From: a virus
Direction: 5' to 3' (one strand)
Virus record (IMG/VR): IMGVR_UViG_3300050821_002136
Span: 44,278-108,277 of that record
DNA: 64,000 bases
The position numbers were made by a program, and so were the translations under genes. The notes below the pieces were generated by a model. It was not told where the DNA came from, made no database searches, and saw only the letters and a program-made list of their open reading frames with translations. Positions 28,492 to 38,482 of the stretch are shown here, piece by piece. Position 1 is the first letter of the stretch. Every line of letters starts with the position of its first letter.

Positions 28492-31400
28492 TTATCTTGC
28501 TTTACCTAGCGGTGTTATTTTGATCTTGTACCGCTTACTGGCATTGTCCCAGGTAGCATCCCCGTCGCGCACCAACGATTGCCATACGTTCTCGGCTTTG
28601 ATGGACACTTGGTTATCGGAATAGAGTGTTCGTACACCCTTGCTTCTGGCGTAGTCTATAGCCTGCTTGTACATTTCTGTACCATGGCCTTTGCTACGGA
28701 ATGCGGGGTTGAGTTGAGAGGTACTGATCTCCATCGCATCCTTGCCTAGTTCAGGCACAGGCGTCATGGACATCTGCCCAGCTTTCTCCCCGTCCACCTT
28801 AACTGACAAGATGGTTTTCTGAGGACGTTCGCTGAGCGGTGTGACCTTTACGCTGGGAGACTCTTCAGTCTGTGTCCTGAATTGGTCTGGGTTGAATTCA
28901 GTGGTCTCATCTTCTGCTGGCTCGACTCCGCTGAAGAGGTTGCCTGTTTTTGCGGCTGGGATGGTGCCTTTGCCGCGTGCTGCTTCGACACGTTTAAAAG
29001 CCCTCCGAGCACTGTCTTCAGAAGTAGGGCTAGCTCCGCTGGTGTCTTTTGGTTTTGGCTTTGGCTCGACTTCTTTTGCGAGTCGTTCGACAAGTTTTCC
29101 ATGGTCTATTCCCATATCCTTTAGAAGATTTATTGTGTCAGGGTCGTGCTGTATGATGTCCGAGAAATCCTCAGAGTACCTGCGCATTTCGTACGGGTCC
29201 TCAGAAGCTTCTACACCCTTTTCGGTGAGCGTCTTGATGAACGCCCAGACTGCGGCTTGCGCTTCGGCCGGTTCCCATCCAAGCTCCTCAGCCGCTGCCC
29301 TAGTCATTACTGAGATAGGGTGGTAGCTGTGTGCGCTCTGAATATCCCCAGCTTTCATGTCAGAAAAGAGGGCCATCCATCCATCGTTGGTCACTCGATT
29401 AAGAACGCCTTTGAGGTTGTCAGCAAAGCTTGGCACTTTGAAAGCGCTGTTCTTGCTGATGTCCGGCCACATGGGCTCTCCTGCGAGAGCTTTCATAGCG
29501 TTGGGTACCTTGGCACCGGGAAGAGTGAATCCTCCCTTGTCCGAAGGTTGCCTTAGCAATTTCTCCAGAGCTGCGCCTTCAGGGCGTCCCTTGTCTACGT
29601 AGTTGGTCCAGACTCTCAAGGCCTCACGCATGTTCATAGCGACTGATTGCTGGGGTGAGCCAGAAGCCAGAAGCCCTACGAACTTGTCCCTGTCTCCTGG
29701 CTGATCAAAGTACTCAGGAGATTCCTTAGCCATTGCATCGAATGCTTGGCCGCTGCGTTGGTACCACTTGCGTTCTCCTGCGCCCTTCTTAGCTGCATCT
29801 ACGAACTCTTGGACTTCTGGGATCTTCTCCATGTTGTCCATGAATCTTTTAGTGCTAGCTTCGGACTTAGTGACGCCTTCGCGCTCCTCGGGAGTGAGGT
29901 GCTTCTCAGCAGTCTCCCCCAGGTTTACTTCCTTAGCAGGAGCTGCAGCAGTCGCTGGAGCCCCACCAGAAACAGTGGGGTTGCCGAACTCATCCGTAGG
30001 TGAGCCCTTAGCGTTCTTGATAGGTGCGATGTCACGAATGGCTTTCTCAAGGGCTTCAGGAGTGGCATTACCGTACGCGATGTTGCGCACCTGATCCATG
30101 CTCTTTGGGTCAGCTACTTCTACGTAGACTTGACCAGTCCTCATCTGTGGAGACATCTTTTGCAAGTGCTCCAGCTGCTCAGTAGTTATACCATCCTTCG
30201 GTATAGACATGTTGAACGAACGATCCCCATACGCTCCATAGGAACGCATGCGGATAGCGCCTTGCTCATTAATAAAGCGCTCACGAGGTGGGTTCGCATC
30301 CGTAGTTTTACCTCCAAGCATTTGATCATGGATGTTGCCGCCTGTTTGTGCAACTCCACGACCGTCTGCAAGAATGAACGCAGTGTGAGCGGGATCTCCG
30401 TCCGACTCTCCGTACTTCTTGATCAGCTCGTCGCCTGTAGGCAACTTAGTGGCCCTACCTGGGGCTCCTCCACCTTGGCCTTTCTTAGCAAGTTCCTCTT
30501 GTACCTTGGCACGTTCTTCTGCGTCCATGGTTTTTTGGTTTCCTGTAAGGTCGGTCTTCTCAGGAACATCAGCGCCACGACGGGCCATCTCTACGTCGGA
30601 CTCAGGTTCTCCTGGGGTATACACTCCTTCAGGTTGAGTTTCTTTGAAAGGCACTGCGAAAGGTTCTCCATCGACAATGGAATAATAGGGCTGTTCCTTA
30701 GCCTTGTCTCCTGTGATCAATCCTTTATTGTCCGAGGGATCAATCTTGCCGCTTTCTAAGTGATGCAAACCCTCCTGCGTTAGAATAGACTCTTGGCCGT
30801 GCTTCTTGCCAAGTTCGGCAGCGTCTTCGGGTGTTATGTCTGGGACGAAGTAAGAGTGTTCGGTTTTACCCTCAACATCTTTATTCACTCCACCGACTGC
30901 TTTAGGATTATAGCCTTTGTCTTTTAAGTCCTGTAGCAGCTCGTGATTTCTCTGTATGTTCTCAGCGTCTGATAGACGTTCATTGCCGGGATTCTCAGCC
31001 GTCAATACAGCGAAGGGTTTTTTATCACCTTTGATGTGATCAAAGACTTCCTTGGGCTTCACTGCGTCTCGTTCCATTGCGAAGTCAGGAAGTACTCCGG
31101 CTTTTTGGTCTGCAAATTGTCCAGCAGTCTTGCCGCCACGTACACCTTCGTTGTTAAAGAACCAAGAAGTCTGCCCACGAGTTTCTGTGGTCATAGCAGG
31201 GCGAGCTACTGGGTCCATCATTTGCATGTGGGCGTTCCAAGCGCTCTCTTCTCCAGACTCGCTAAAGTCATGGCCTTGAGCAACGTGTCCAAACAAATCA
31301 TGTATGGCTCTAAACATTGTATTGTAGGTTTCTCCAGTTTTTGGATCAACCTCAGCCAACGGGTGTCCTTCTTGCAGAGGATTTCCTCCTCGGAACACAC

Positions 31401-34044
31401 CCAGATGCTTGTTGTTTTTCACGTCGTCAAAGAGCTGCTTCTCAGCAGGCTTATCGCCTTTAGTGAAGCCATACGGATCTTCATCTGTAGGTTCAATCTT
31501 GATTCCCAATGTCTTGGTGGCGTAATCCCACTGCTTATTGATGTCCTTCTTCAGTGCATCATAGCTTGCTTTGACCGCAGGATCGTTAGGATCGTGTTTC
31601 ATTTTGTCAAATGCATCAGCTATGTCTGCCGCTCGTTTGTCTGTGCCTTTTATTTTCTCTGGCTGTACAGGATGAAGACTTTCGGCCTTGTTGTAATCGT
31701 CTGCAGCCTTAGCCATATCCACAGGCTTCTTAGCTGCCTCCTTGAGACGCTGAGCTTCCAGAACCTGCTCAGAAAGTGTGCCTTCAGGCTTGTTGGCCTT
31801 AGCTTGCGCCATGAAGTCCGTGTCTTTCTCAGCGCCTTCTTTGGTGCCCACGGTCTCTGCCTCAGATGTTCCTCCGGCTACGCTCTTAGGCCCACCTTCG
31901 TGCTCCTGCATAATTGCACGGGAGCGCTGAGCTTTAGACAGAGCATTACGCTCAGCTTCAGACCAGATAGTAGTGTCCTTCTTCCTGAACTCATCAGACA
32001 GCCTAGAAATGTTGTCAATGTCTTCCTTAGGCATCTTTGAAAGCACATCATTCACGAAGTCATCACGCTCAACACGGTGACGATTGTCGTCGCGCTTTGC
32101 AAAGTCATATTCTGATTCGTCTACGCCATACTTCTTGCCCAGACGAGCCAGTTCTTGGTCCGTGTGATCCTTGAGAACTTCTTCTACCTTGGATACATCC
32201 TCAGGAGATCCTTCTACATCTTCATGCTTTGGAAGTGCTTCCTCGAACTTCTTAGGGACAACCTTAGCTTCTTCAGGTGTGTAGACCTTCTCACGCGTGC
32301 CAGCACCCTTTAGATCCAGATCTTCTGGAGCAATAAGCGGTGCCTCTTGAATATTGGTAGTAGCTTTGCCAAGCGGTGCCTTTTCTGCAGGTCCAGGTGG
32401 TTTCAATGCAACGGGCTTCGCTTTGCCCTGTAATCCTTCTTCAATCTTCTGCTGCAGATCGGATTCGGTGTCAACAATCTTTCCACCCTCAGCCTTGAGT
32501 GCACTTATTCTTCCAGGCTTAGCAGGCTTCACAGGGGGCAGGATATCGCCCTTAGGAGCAGCTGGAGCGGCTGGGACCTCCGGCGCACCTTCGGTTAACT
32601 GGTAACGCTCAGGAAGGGCTGGGAGCTGCGGAGTAACGCCTTGACGCACTGTGCCCCCAGGCATCTGCATCCTGGTGTTCATTGGAGGAACCTCAGGCCT
32701 TGCTGTGGGTTCCTGCGGGAATGTCTCGGGCTGTACTTGGCCGGGAGTCTTAACGTTCTGCTCTACAGGCTTAGGCTGCTCTATGCCTACTTTGCCTTCT
32801 AGGTCAGACATCAGCTTCTCTTGACGAGTTTTCAACTCGGCGTCCGTAGGAGGAACAGCAGGTGCTTCCGGCGCGGGTGCAGGCGCAGCTTGCGCTGGGG
32901 CCTTTACTTTGGCCCTAATGGCTTCCTGAGCAGCGTCACGATGAAAGTGTGCTTCAGCTTGTGCTGCCTGCGCTTTGTCAAACGCTTTGATTGTGGCTTC
33001 TGGGGCTGGTACTCCCTGCTCTTCTGATCTTGCGTACACAGCACGGGCCTTGCGTGCGGCTTCAAATGCTTTGTCTGCTTTCTTGGTCTCACCTTCTAAT
33101 TTTTCAAGGTTAATTGCATCTTCTTCCATACCAGCAAAGCGTATTGGGTCAACAGTCGAGCTATCAATGCCAAGCTTTTCCAATACACGACCGATTTTAG
33201 AGGCCACGTAAATAGAGTTCATGCCGTGACCTGCAGCAGCTCCGATTAGAGTGCCAGTCACTTCTGGGTTGTCTAAAGCTTTGGCTGCGATTTTCCCAGC
33301 TCCACGTAGGCCTGCATTTACAACTGCACTTGTTGCGGGAAAAGGCTTCGCGCCTGCCTCAGCAGCTCCGGGGAGTGATCCTCCCGGCATAGCTTCCTCA
33401 GCAATTGGGCCTGCAAGACCATAGCCTGCGGCCTCTGTCAGGGCTCCAGAGTAGTCGCCTTTACCGAAGCGCTCTCCAAGTCCTACGGCCAGGGGTCCAA
33501 CAAAAGGAACACTGGAAACAACATTCCCAAGAGATTCGTAATTTCTATTTCTACGGAGTTGGTCGTCAACGCTTTCTGTTCCGAACTTATCCGTTTTTGG
33601 ACCGGCAGCACGTATTTTTGCTTCATTGGCGCGTGCCTCATCACTGATGTGTTGAGAAGCGGCCGTACTTGGATCAACCAGAAGTCTCTTGGTTGCTAAG
33701 TCTACTCGTCCTAGCAATCCTGACTCTGATTTCTTCTCTTCATCGGTTTTTGGCTCATCTGCAAAGGCGTGATAAGTCTGCTTTGCTATGTTTGGTAGAG
33801 CTACTCCTAGACGGCCTAAAGCACTGCCCACTCCCGGCCCTTCATAGGCTTTATTTGCTACATCCAGAGCACCTTCTGTTTCTCCTCCAGTGGGTTGTTT
33901 AGTAACATGAGCCAAGTATGCCGCCTGATCATCTGGATGCGCGGCCTTGAAGTCAGGGTCAGTGGATGAAAGGTAATGGATCTGATCAGCTGGTGTAGCT
34001 GAAAGAAATCCCTGATCCGACTGCAGTTCTTCTGATGTAGGCAT
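28492..34044 (-). CDS. 1850-aa polyvalent internal-virion (ejected) protein with several enzyme-like domains and a C-terminal GNAT domain
   Basis: FRAIHDLFGH; FAVLTAENP..N..RN..L..DL (DUF3293-like); WY..SPQ..N..K..F..N...VTND.WM; FRSKGHGTEMY (GNAT motif A). Confidence 0.8.
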   Translation of the reverse strand: MPTSEELQSDQGFLSATPADQIHYLSSTDPDFKAAHPDDQAAYLAHVTKQPTGGETEGALDVANKAYEGPGVGSALGRLGVALPNIAKQTYHAFADEPKTDEEKKSESGLLGRVDLATKRLLVDPSTAASQHISDEARANEAKIRAAGPKTDKFGTESVDDQLRRNRNYESLGNVVSSVPFVGPLAVGLGERFGKGDYSGALTEAAGYGLAGPIAEEAMPGGSLPGAAEAGAKPFPATSAVVNAGLRGAGKIAAKALDNPEVTGTLIGAAAGHGMNSIYVASKIGRVLEKLGIDSSTVDPIRFAGMEEDAINLEKLEGETKKADKAFEAARKARAVYARSEEQGVPAPEATIKAFDKAQAAQAEAHFHRDAAQEAIRAKVKAPAQAAPAPAPEAPAVPPTDAELKTRQEKLMSDLEGKVGIEQPKPVEQNVKTPGQVQPETFPQEPTARPEVPPMNTRMQMPGGTVRQGVTPQLPALPERYQLTEGAPEVPAAPAAPKGDILPPVKPAKPGRISALKAEGGKIVDTESDLQQKIEEGLQGKAKPVALKPPGPAEKAPLGKATTNIQEAPLIAPEDLDLKGAGTREKVYTPEEAKVVPKKFEEALPKHEDVEGSPEDVSKVEEVLKDHTDQELARLGKKYGVDESEYDFAKRDDNRHRVERDDFVNDVLSKMPKEDIDNISRLSDEFRKKDTTIWSEAERNALSKAQRSRAIMQEHEGGPKSVAGGTSEAETVGTKEGAEKDTDFMAQAKANKPEGTLSEQVLEAQRLKEAAKKPVDMAKAADDYNKAESLHPVQPEKIKGTDKRAADIADAFDKMKHDPNDPAVKASYDALKKDINKQWDYATKTLGIKIEPTDEDPYGFTKGDKPAEKQLFDDVKNNKHLGVFRGGNPLQEGHPLAEVDPKTGETYNTMFRAIHDLFGHVAQGHDFSESGEESAWNAHMQMMDPVARPAMTTETRGQTSWFFNNEGVRGGKTAGQFADQKAGVLPDFAMERDAVKPKEVFDHIKGDKKPFAVLTAENPGNERLSDAENIQRNHELLQDLKDKGYNPKAVGGVNKDVEGKTEHSYFVPDITPEDAAELGKKHGQESILTQEGLHHLESGKIDPSDNKGLITGDKAKEQPYYSIVDGEPFAVPFKETQPEGVYTPGEPESDVEMARRGADVPEKTDLTGNQKTMDAEERAKVQEELAKKGQGGGAPGRATKLPTGDELIKKYGESDGDPAHTAFILADGRGVAQTGGNIHDQMLGGKTTDANPPRERFINEQGAIRMRSYGAYGDRSFNMSIPKDGITTEQLEHLQKMSPQMRTGQVYVEVADPKSMDQVRNIAYGNATPEALEKAIRDIAPIKNAKGSPTDEFGNPTVSGGAPATAAAPAKEVNLGETAEKHLTPEEREGVTKSEASTKRFMDNMEKIPEVQEFVDAAKKGAGERKWYQRSGQAFDAMAKESPEYFDQPGDRDKFVGLLASGSPQQSVAMNMREALRVWTNYVDKGRPEGAALEKLLRQPSDKGGFTLPGAKVPNAMKALAGEPMWPDISKNSAFKVPSFADNLKGVLNRVTNDGWMALFSDMKAGDIQSAHSYHPISVMTRAAAEELGWEPAEAQAAVWAFIKTLTEKGVEASEDPYEMRRYSEDFSDIIQHDPDTINLLKDMGIDHGKLVERLAKEVEPKPKPKDTSGASPTSEDSARRAFKRVEAARGKGTIPAAKTGNLFSGVEPAEDETTEFNPDQFRTQTEESPSVKVTPLSERPQKTILSVKVDGEKAGQMSMTPVPELGKDAMEISTSQLNPAFRSKGHGTEMYKQAIDYARSKGVRTLYSDNQVSIKAENVWQSLVRDGDATWDNASKRYKIKITPLGKAR

Positions 34045-34058
34045 TCTTGGCTCCTATG

Positions 34059-36779
34059 TTATCTTAGTTTGGTCTCTTGTTTCTTTTTCCAGTCCGCAAA
34101 CCCACTTGTTGTAGCTGCTGGGGCAGTTGCGGCAGGTGTTTGTGGTTTAGACGGTTCTGGCTTTGGTGAGGCACCACCACCTTCAGGCTTCTGTACAGGT
34201 TGCTGTGCCCCTTGACGTACAGTGTCATCAATGCTCTTAGTGTTAGAGGTATGCTCAGCATTAAAGGACTTCCCTAGTTTGTCTAGGAACTTGCCAACCT
34301 CTTCTTTGTACTCGGTCGGAATCTCACCGGCCATCCACTTGTCGGCGTGAGCAGACGCCCAGCGACCAAGACTTCCCTCGGCAGGCAAGAATCTATCCAG
34401 CTCCTGCTTATTGATACGCTTCACACCTTCCGCAGATGTAGTAGTCAAAGTCGTAATGACCGGAACAACGTTGGCTGCAAACTGAGATGTGTCTGAATCT
34501 GCCAGAGCATCTTTGGCCAGTTGTATCTGGTTAATGACCTTATCGTAGCGAGCGTTCTCTGTGTTTTGAAGTTCGTCCGCTTTGAGACCTCTCTGATTTG
34601 CATCAGCATTCTGCTGCACCAACAAAGCTCGTGTGGTGGCAAGGTCGCTACCAAACTTAGTCTTCTGTTCAGCGTATGGCAATGCTGCTATAGCCTTAGC
34701 GTTGGTGTCTGCTGTCTCAAGAGCAATCCTTGCTGTTTCACGGTTTGCTGGTGTATCTTCCATGTTGTGCGCGTGGACATAGTCAGCAACCCGTTTCTGG
34801 CGCTCATTCATTTTAGCATTCGACGCATCAAAACTGGCTTTAGCAAAGGCTTCCTCAGGGTTATACTTCTTTCCTGTGTCTGGGTTGATTTGCTTCTGCA
34901 ACTCATTCATGGCCTGTTGAAGCGGGGCCTTACCTGCGCCCGTAGAAAGTTGAAGAGCTTCCGCATCTGTGTAAGGTTTCTGTGTGTCTGGGTTGATCTG
35001 CGGTCCTCCATCAGGTCCACCACGCATAGCGTGCATATACACCTGTTCGGACGGGGTCTTAGCACCTGCTACTCGTGTTTGTGCTTTCTCCAACTCTTCT
35101 TTGGTAGCTTCTCCTATCTGAGTACGAGCACGGTCTTCTTGCGCTCGCTTGTTCAGTTCGGTGCCGGGGATAAGGGACATAGTAGCAGGAGCTACGATGT
35201 TTCCTGCAATGTTTCCTGCCTTAGCCAGTCCGTGCTCTATTTTCCCCAATACGCCGGGATGATTGGCTTCAGAACCATAAGGATTCATCTTGTCAAAATG
35301 CTGTGCAGCAAGTGTCAAACTAGCGGCCTCCTCACGTCCTTCAGGGGTACCTTTATCGAGTGCAGCCTGTATACGCGTCTGGTAGTCTTGACGTTTCGAC
35401 AACAGTTCTTGATGCGCCGTATCTGCTGTAGGTGCGAGCGGTGTTGGTAGAGCAGGCTCTTCTCCTTGTCCTGCCTTGAGCATACGTTCATTGATCTTCG
35501 ACATGCCCAAGCCAACAAGGTCACCCTTTCTCATGGCTTCTTCTTGGTCTTTCTTAACTACGGCCATTTTAGCATCTTCGGCATTACCGACAGGATAGCC
35601 TGCGGCTGGATCACCCGCGTTTACAATTTTGTTACCTGACTGCGGTGCATTAGGGTGATCCGTAGTTCCACTATCCACTGGGGTTTCTATGGAGGGCAGA
35701 GGTTTCATCTTTGAAGAAAAAGGAGAAGCTGTACCAAGAGGCGCTTTGGTAGATGCTAGGGATATCACAGGGCTGGCTTGGCCATCCTCAGATGGACGCA
35801 TAGGACCACCACCGTTAAACTTTATTTCTGGTTCTGGTTCTGCGTCAGCGTTGCTTATGTCCGTGTGCTGTTTACCCAACGGAGCATTCTCTATGCTCAT
35901 CTTTGCTCCCTGTAATTTGTAATCAGGGGGAGCATGCTCAGTGTCCAGCATTGGTTTGATGTTTTTAGGGTTAGAAATAACTCGTCCACCGAAATCTACA
36001 GGTGCCCCGTGTTCTTGGTTTGCCTCAGCTTCGGCTTGACGATATGCTTCAGCTTTTTCTGGGTCGAGAACATGTTCTCCTTTGTCAAGGTTTGCTACTT
36101 GGTCCTCCGGCACAGTGCCTCCCTCTTGGTAGGACGGTAACCTGCCGAGGGCTGTAGGTACTGGCATCTTAGGTCCGACTGCCCCTACTCCTTCAGGTGT
36201 GCTTGGATTAATTTCGTTACCCTGAGGGTCTAGTCTCTTTTCTCCTGGACGGTTTCCGTATTCACCATAAGGGTGCAGCTTATCTACACCAGCAGGAGAG
36301 AATGGTCTCATTTGTGTTGCTGGGTCTCGCGGATTTTCTCCTTGGGCTTTCAGGTCGTCAACAAGTTGCATCTTATTGCCAATGGCCTGCACTTCTTCAT
36401 TGGGAGATGTCGTAGGAAACTTAGTTCCTTCGTTGTAGATCTCATGTGCACGATCAGCTATACGTCCTAATGCTGTAGGAGGAGCATTGCCTAGTGCTGC
36501 CGACTTATATGCGTGGGTCTCTTCGGGATTTAGTACGCGTTCTCCCTGGTCAACCTTAGCAACTTGGTCCTTAGGAACATCCCCACCTTCGGCATAGGAG
36601 GGCATGGCCCCTAGGTTTGAGCCTCCAATTACCTTAGGAGATGCTTGTCCCAATAGGGACGCTGGGTGAGAAACATCCAACATGGGGTCGTCTTGTTGGT
36701 TCAGAGTTTGAAAAGGCAGAGGTTTAACCTGAGGCTTCTCCTTCTTTACGTCTTCTAGTTGTGAACCGATTCCTGGCAT
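34059..36779 (-). CDS. Internal virion/ejection protein
   Basis: Position after tail tubular and GNAT genes; duplicated SYxEGGxVP..GExVLxPE motifs; helical C-half. Confidence 0.7.
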   Translation of the reverse strand: MPGIGSQLEDVKKEKPQVKPLPFQTLNQQDDPMLDVSHPASLLGQASPKVIGGSNLGAMPSYAEGGDVPKDQVAKVDQGERVLNPEETHAYKSAALGNAPPTALGRIADRAHEIYNEGTKFPTTSPNEEVQAIGNKMQLVDDLKAQGENPRDPATQMRPFSPAGVDKLHPYGEYGNRPGEKRLDPQGNEINPSTPEGVGAVGPKMPVPTALGRLPSYQEGGTVPEDQVANLDKGEHVLDPEKAEAYRQAEAEANQEHGAPVDFGGRVISNPKNIKPMLDTEHAPPDYKLQGAKMSIENAPLGKQHTDISNADAEPEPEIKFNGGGPMRPSEDGQASPVISLASTKAPLGTASPFSSKMKPLPSIETPVDSGTTDHPNAPQSGNKIVNAGDPAAGYPVGNAEDAKMAVVKKDQEEAMRKGDLVGLGMSKINERMLKAGQGEEPALPTPLAPTADTAHQELLSKRQDYQTRIQAALDKGTPEGREEAASLTLAAQHFDKMNPYGSEANHPGVLGKIEHGLAKAGNIAGNIVAPATMSLIPGTELNKRAQEDRARTQIGEATKEELEKAQTRVAGAKTPSEQVYMHAMRGGPDGGPQINPDTQKPYTDAEALQLSTGAGKAPLQQAMNELQKQINPDTGKKYNPEEAFAKASFDASNAKMNERQKRVADYVHAHNMEDTPANRETARIALETADTNAKAIAALPYAEQKTKFGSDLATTRALLVQQNADANQRGLKADELQNTENARYDKVINQIQLAKDALADSDTSQFAANVVPVITTLTTTSAEGVKRINKQELDRFLPAEGSLGRWASAHADKWMAGEIPTEYKEEVGKFLDKLGKSFNAEHTSNTKSIDDTVRQGAQQPVQKPEGGGASPKPEPSKPQTPAATAPAATTSGFADWKKKQETKLR

Positions 36780-36789
36780 GTTTTCTCCT

Positions 36790-37404
36790 TTATGACGACT
36801 TAAAGCCTTTATAGGCAGTTGCTATGTCTGCTCCAGTTTTAGCTAGTCCTTCTGCGTTCTGAAGCCAGCCGGACTTGCTTGCATTGGTAGCTGCATTGAT
36901 GTCGCCTGAGACTTGTCCCATGGCATCGAGCTGGCCTTTGAGATTCTCTCCGTACAGACCGGCTTCTCCTGCTAGTCCTTGCTGGTTCAATTGCTTTGCG
37001 CCCATCACATCCTGAGCAGCTACGCCTTCAGATACTCCGGCTCCAGCCTTCATACGATCCCTGGCCATTTGCTGTTCTGACTTAACTATGCCTGCAGCGT
37101 TGCCTGTGGAAGCAGCTGTGCGCTCTAGGTCGCCCTGGGCAGCGCCTTCTCCAGCTCCTATGCCTGCTCCAGCGCTTGTGAGTAGCTCGTTGATGTTTGT
37201 TGGATCATAGAGATGCTCAGCAGTCGCCTCTCTTCGGTATGTGGGATCTAAGAACGAGCGCTCACTGGTCGCAGCCGTTCCAAGGCCTGCACCTACGTTA
37301 GCTGCCGTGCCTGCGGCTGTTTTGGCTGCACCTTCTTCGGCACGCAGGAACATTCCAAGTGCTGGTTGAATAAATACCTTGAACATTAAGCTATAAATCG
37401 TCAT
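36790..37404 (-). CDS. Internal virion/ejection protein (Ala/Gly-rich)
   Basis: AGGAG RBS, ATGA overlap; position typical of the first podophage ejection protein. Confidence 0.7.
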   Translation of the reverse strand: MTIYSLMFKVFIQPALGMFLRAEEGAAKTAAGTAANVGAGLGTAATSERSFLDPTYRREATAEHLYDPTNINELLTSAGAGIGAGEGAAQGDLERTAASTGNAAGIVKSEQQMARDRMKAGAGVSEGVAAQDVMGAKQLNQQGLAGEAGLYGENLKGQLDAMGQVSGDINAATNASKSGWLQNAEGLAKTGADIATAYKGFKSS

Positions 37405-37808
37405 TGCTTGTCTCCTGCGTGCTTTGTGTACACTGCCCAATCTGGGCGGATCTTGGTAAACTGTAAATCTTTGAGTCGTCTTCCGAATCTCTCATAGCCA
37501 GGAGGCACGCAGCAAAGCACGCTGTCGTATCCGAGACTGGCTGCTGCTTCGTTGGCTTCTTTGTCAAGAGCCTTGATGGTTAACCATTTGGACTCTGCAT
37601 CGGCCCAAGAAGTCTTGTCCATCCAAAGATGACACTCCAGAGCGTGTTGCATTCCATATGCCGCCCTGACGCTCCCATCTACTTCCAGGACCTTGGTCAC
37701 CGGGAATCTCCCAAGGTTGGGCAGACGATAGTCTATGCCGTTTGCTTCGTGAATTCTTTGTATTGCCAAGAGGTCACTTGGGAGGTAGCTACGAATTTCT
37801 GCGCCCAT
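37401..37808 (-). CDS. GNAT-fold protein (T7 gp13/P22 gp14-like position)
   Basis: IRSYLPSDL..I; LKDLQF; located between tail and ejection genes. Confidence 0.6.
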   Translation of the reverse strand: MGAEIRSYLPSDLLAIQRIHEANGIDYRLPNLGRFPVTKVLEVDGSVRAAYGMQHALECHLWMDKTSWADAESKWLTIKALDKEANEAAASLGYDSVLCCVPPGYERFGRRLKDLQFTKIRPDWAVYTKHAGDKQ

Positions 37809-38470
37809 TACGCTAGACTCCGTTTCGGCCCCGGGGCAGGACGATTGAGCACAGTCCCTAGACCGCGCCCTCCCTGCTGAGGAGACGCTGTGCCGGAACC
37901 TGTGGAGGTAAGCAAAGAAGCAGCTGTGGTCCCAGTCAGGACGATCTGTGTCGGGTTTGCTAATCCTCCCAGCACGGTAGGTTTCTGGGGGTCACTACCA
38001 TGGTACTGAGGGTACGCTCTGTGGTAATAGATTTGAGGTGTCACACCATCACTTTGTATTGATGGAAGGTGCAAGAATAACGAGCGACTACTCCCCGCGT
38101 CCACAACGTGAGGGTTTGAAAAATTGGGATCTGTACTGATCTCGTGTATGTATTGCACACCTTTTTGCAATTCTGAGTTGTGTGTCAGAGTAAGGTGTAG
38201 GAGTTCGTTGGACACTTTTATAACGTTGCCGGTTTGCGTGCCAGCTACCTGAATAGAGTCTATAGGGGCTGGAGGAGGAAGTTTTCCTACCGCAGATGCG
38301 CCTACGTTCAGTGCAAGACTGTTTACAGCGTCTATGATGCGTTTTAGGAGGGAGCCATGATTGAAATCTTTCTGCGCTATGGTAGAGAGTTCTTGTCCAC
38401 CTTCTAGCACTGCGTTTTTACTCTGCATTAAGAAGCTCCCTTCTAAAGTTTGAGGAGGTGTGCTTAGCAC
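37808..38470 (-). CDS. Virion protein with FN3-like motif
   Basis: Y..EISTDPNFSN; YYHRA. Confidence 0.6.
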   Translation of the reverse strand: MLSTPPQTLEGSFLMQSKNAVLEGGQELSTIAQKDFNHGSLLKRIIDAVNSLALNVGASAVGKLPPPAPIDSIQVAGTQTGNVIKVSNELLHLTLTHNSELQKGVQYIHEISTDPNFSNPHVVDAGSSRSLFLHLPSIQSDGVTPQIYYHRAYPQYHGSDPQKPTVLGGLANPTQIVLTGTTAASLLTSTGSGTASPQQGGRGLGTVLNRPAPGPKRSLA

Positions 38471-38482
38471 CTCCCCTGGGTT

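Noticed and set aside
31036-35450. Long + strand ORFs 31036-32040 and 34521-35450
   Set aside because: Antisense to large ejection-protein genes; their composition mirrors the codon bias of the real strand
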